A DNA stretch of 64,000 nucleotides, from contig JASVEC010000012.1 in assembly GCA_030770535.1 (NCBI GenBank), positions 248,001-312,000 on the forward strand, in the 5' to 3' direction. A model generated the notes under the pieces. It worked only from the letters and a program-made list of their open reading frames with translations. It was not told the DNA's origin and made no database searches. Each line of letters starts with the position of its first letter. Within the stretch, counting starts at the first letter, position 1. Below are positions 62,316-64,000 of this stretch, piece after piece. The translations under genes and the position numbers were made by a program. The DNA comes from Batkoa obscura (taxonomy: Eukaryota).

Positions 62316-64000
62316 ATGGAAAGTTTATATATTATTAAAAGAGAGAGCGGGTAAGTATGATTATTATCATTAACAAATAAGGATATTTTAACTAATATTA
62401 ATATTAATATTAATTTGTATTCTATTAAATAGAATTATATTAATTGAAAAACATTGGAAAAAAGGAATAGCTACTCATTTAATAACTCAATTTTATAATA
62501 ATTATTTAAAAAATAAACCATTAGAACCAATTTATAATCAATATCAATGTTTATTTTTACCAATATTAATTAATGAATTCATATTCTTGGCTGTTAATGA
62601 AAAAGAAGGTAAATATATTATTATTATTATTATTATTATTATTAGTTTTAATATAACGAACTATTTTACTTAATTGACTTAATTAGCTCCTCCATTGATG
62701 GTGATTGAATTTTTATATAAAATTATTGAAGTATTAAAATTATATATTGGGGATATTAATGAATTTAATTTAAAAGAAAATTATGTGATTATTTATCAAG
62801 TAAGCAAAAGAATATTAATAATTTGATTTGATTTAGTTTAATTAATTATTCAATGTTAAACTAATAAAACAAAAATATATTTAGTTATTAGAAGAAATGA
62901 TTGATTATGGATTTCCATTAATAACAGATAGTAATAATTTAAAAGGAATAATAACACCACCAACGATGATTAATAAAGTGATTTCAAAAGTTACGGGTGT
63001 ATCAAAGTAAGTTTTTTTATTTTTTTTATTAATTCATATTGTTTTATTTATTATTATTGTTTATATTTACATTTCAATAGTACACATGATAAATTATTAA
63101 CTGGTTCTTTATCAAATATTGCTTGGCGTAAAAATGGAATTGTTTATAAAAGTAATGAAATTTATTTTGACATTGTGGAAGAAATTGATGCTATTTTAGC
63201 AAAGTAAGTTATTATTGTTATTATAAAATAGTGTATAATATATTGTTAATTATTTATTTATTAGTGATGGTACTATTGTTTCAAGTGAAATTCACGGTAG
63301 TATATTAGCTAGCTGTAGATTAAGTGGTAAATATCAATTTAGTTATCGATTAGTATTATAATAGAATAGAATATAAACTAATAATCTAATTTAAGGTATG
63401 CCTGATTTAACTATATCATTTAATCGAGTAGATGTAATTGATGATTTTTCATTTCATCCATGTGTACGGTAAGTGATTACATATATAATAATATTATATT
63501 ATATTATTTATTTTTATCTAATTTATATTTATTTAATTTAGTCATGATAAATTTCAATTAAATAAAATATTAAATTTTATACCACCAGATGGACAATTTA
63601 AACTAATGAGCTATCGTACTACATTAAGTTCATATCAATTTATACCAATTACAATAACTAGTAAAATTCATAAAGTTGGGGAAGGAGGTAAAGTTCATTT
63701 TCTATTTTATAATAATTAGAATATAATATATATATTGTTAATTAGGTCGATTTGAAATTATAATGCATCCTAAATTTCCACAAAATAAAATGATTGAAAA
63801 TATTCTATTTGGTTTTAAATTCAATCATCAAGATATTAATAATATCATTGCTCATCCCAATATTGGTACTTTTATGTTAGATTATCAAGAACAAGTAAGT
63901 TTTAAATTTATAATATTTATAATATTAATTTATTGATTATTTTTTTATTTTTTTAGAATTTAATATGGAAAATTGAAAAATTAAATCCAAAAGATAAAGT
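62316..64000 (+). CDS. APM3: AP-3 adaptor complex medium (mu3) subunit, multi-exon, continues past the window end
   Basis: Spliced MESLYII...ILIEKHWK, PPLMVIEFL, KENYVIIYQ|LLEEMIDYGFP, IAWRK.G..YKSNEIYFDIVEEIDAI, CRLSG|MPDL, SFHPCVR, FIPPDGQFKLMSY; absent from the ORF track because exons are short. Confidence 0.9.

Noticed and set aside
1..64000. Alternative genetic code or U12-type introns
   Set aside because: Conserved genes translate with the standard code, TAA/TAG/TGA all act as stops, and the introns I traced are GT-AG with no GTATCCTT donors.

Overview
Very AT-rich eukaryotic DNA with many short (about 45-55 nt) GT-AG introns. Zn2Cys6 factors, RTT109, a LisH Flo8-like regulator and IRC3 make it fungal; composition and intron style suggest an early-diverging fungus such as an entomophthoralean (inference only). 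Recognisable genes: RTT109, RPS8, RPL28 (eL28), mitochondrial MSH1, URB1, IRC3, AP-3 mu (runs off the window), three Zn2Cys6 proteins, an F-box/LRR protein, a Pcl-type cyclin and an alpha-arrestin. Unusual items: (1) a family of ~98-bp miniature inverted-repeat elements (9 near-full copies, 2 fragments) with GGGG...CCCC ends and 4-bp ATHT target duplications, resembling Sola-type DNA transposons; (2) a separate 137-bp TIR element carrying (TTAGGG)3, inserted in a class-3 lipase pseudogene; (3) an intronless bacterial-type YcnI/DUF1775 copper-binding protein with signal peptide and GPI-like tail; (4) two cleanly spliced genes encoding only the N-terminal parts of PRMT3/Rmt3 and SEC15; (5) a degenerate PDI paralogue with no ER-retention signal; (6) an MSH1 ending in a bacterial MutS-like C-terminal motif. 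All family calls come from motif recognition by eye; no searches were run. No rRNA, tRNA or CRISPR array was found.
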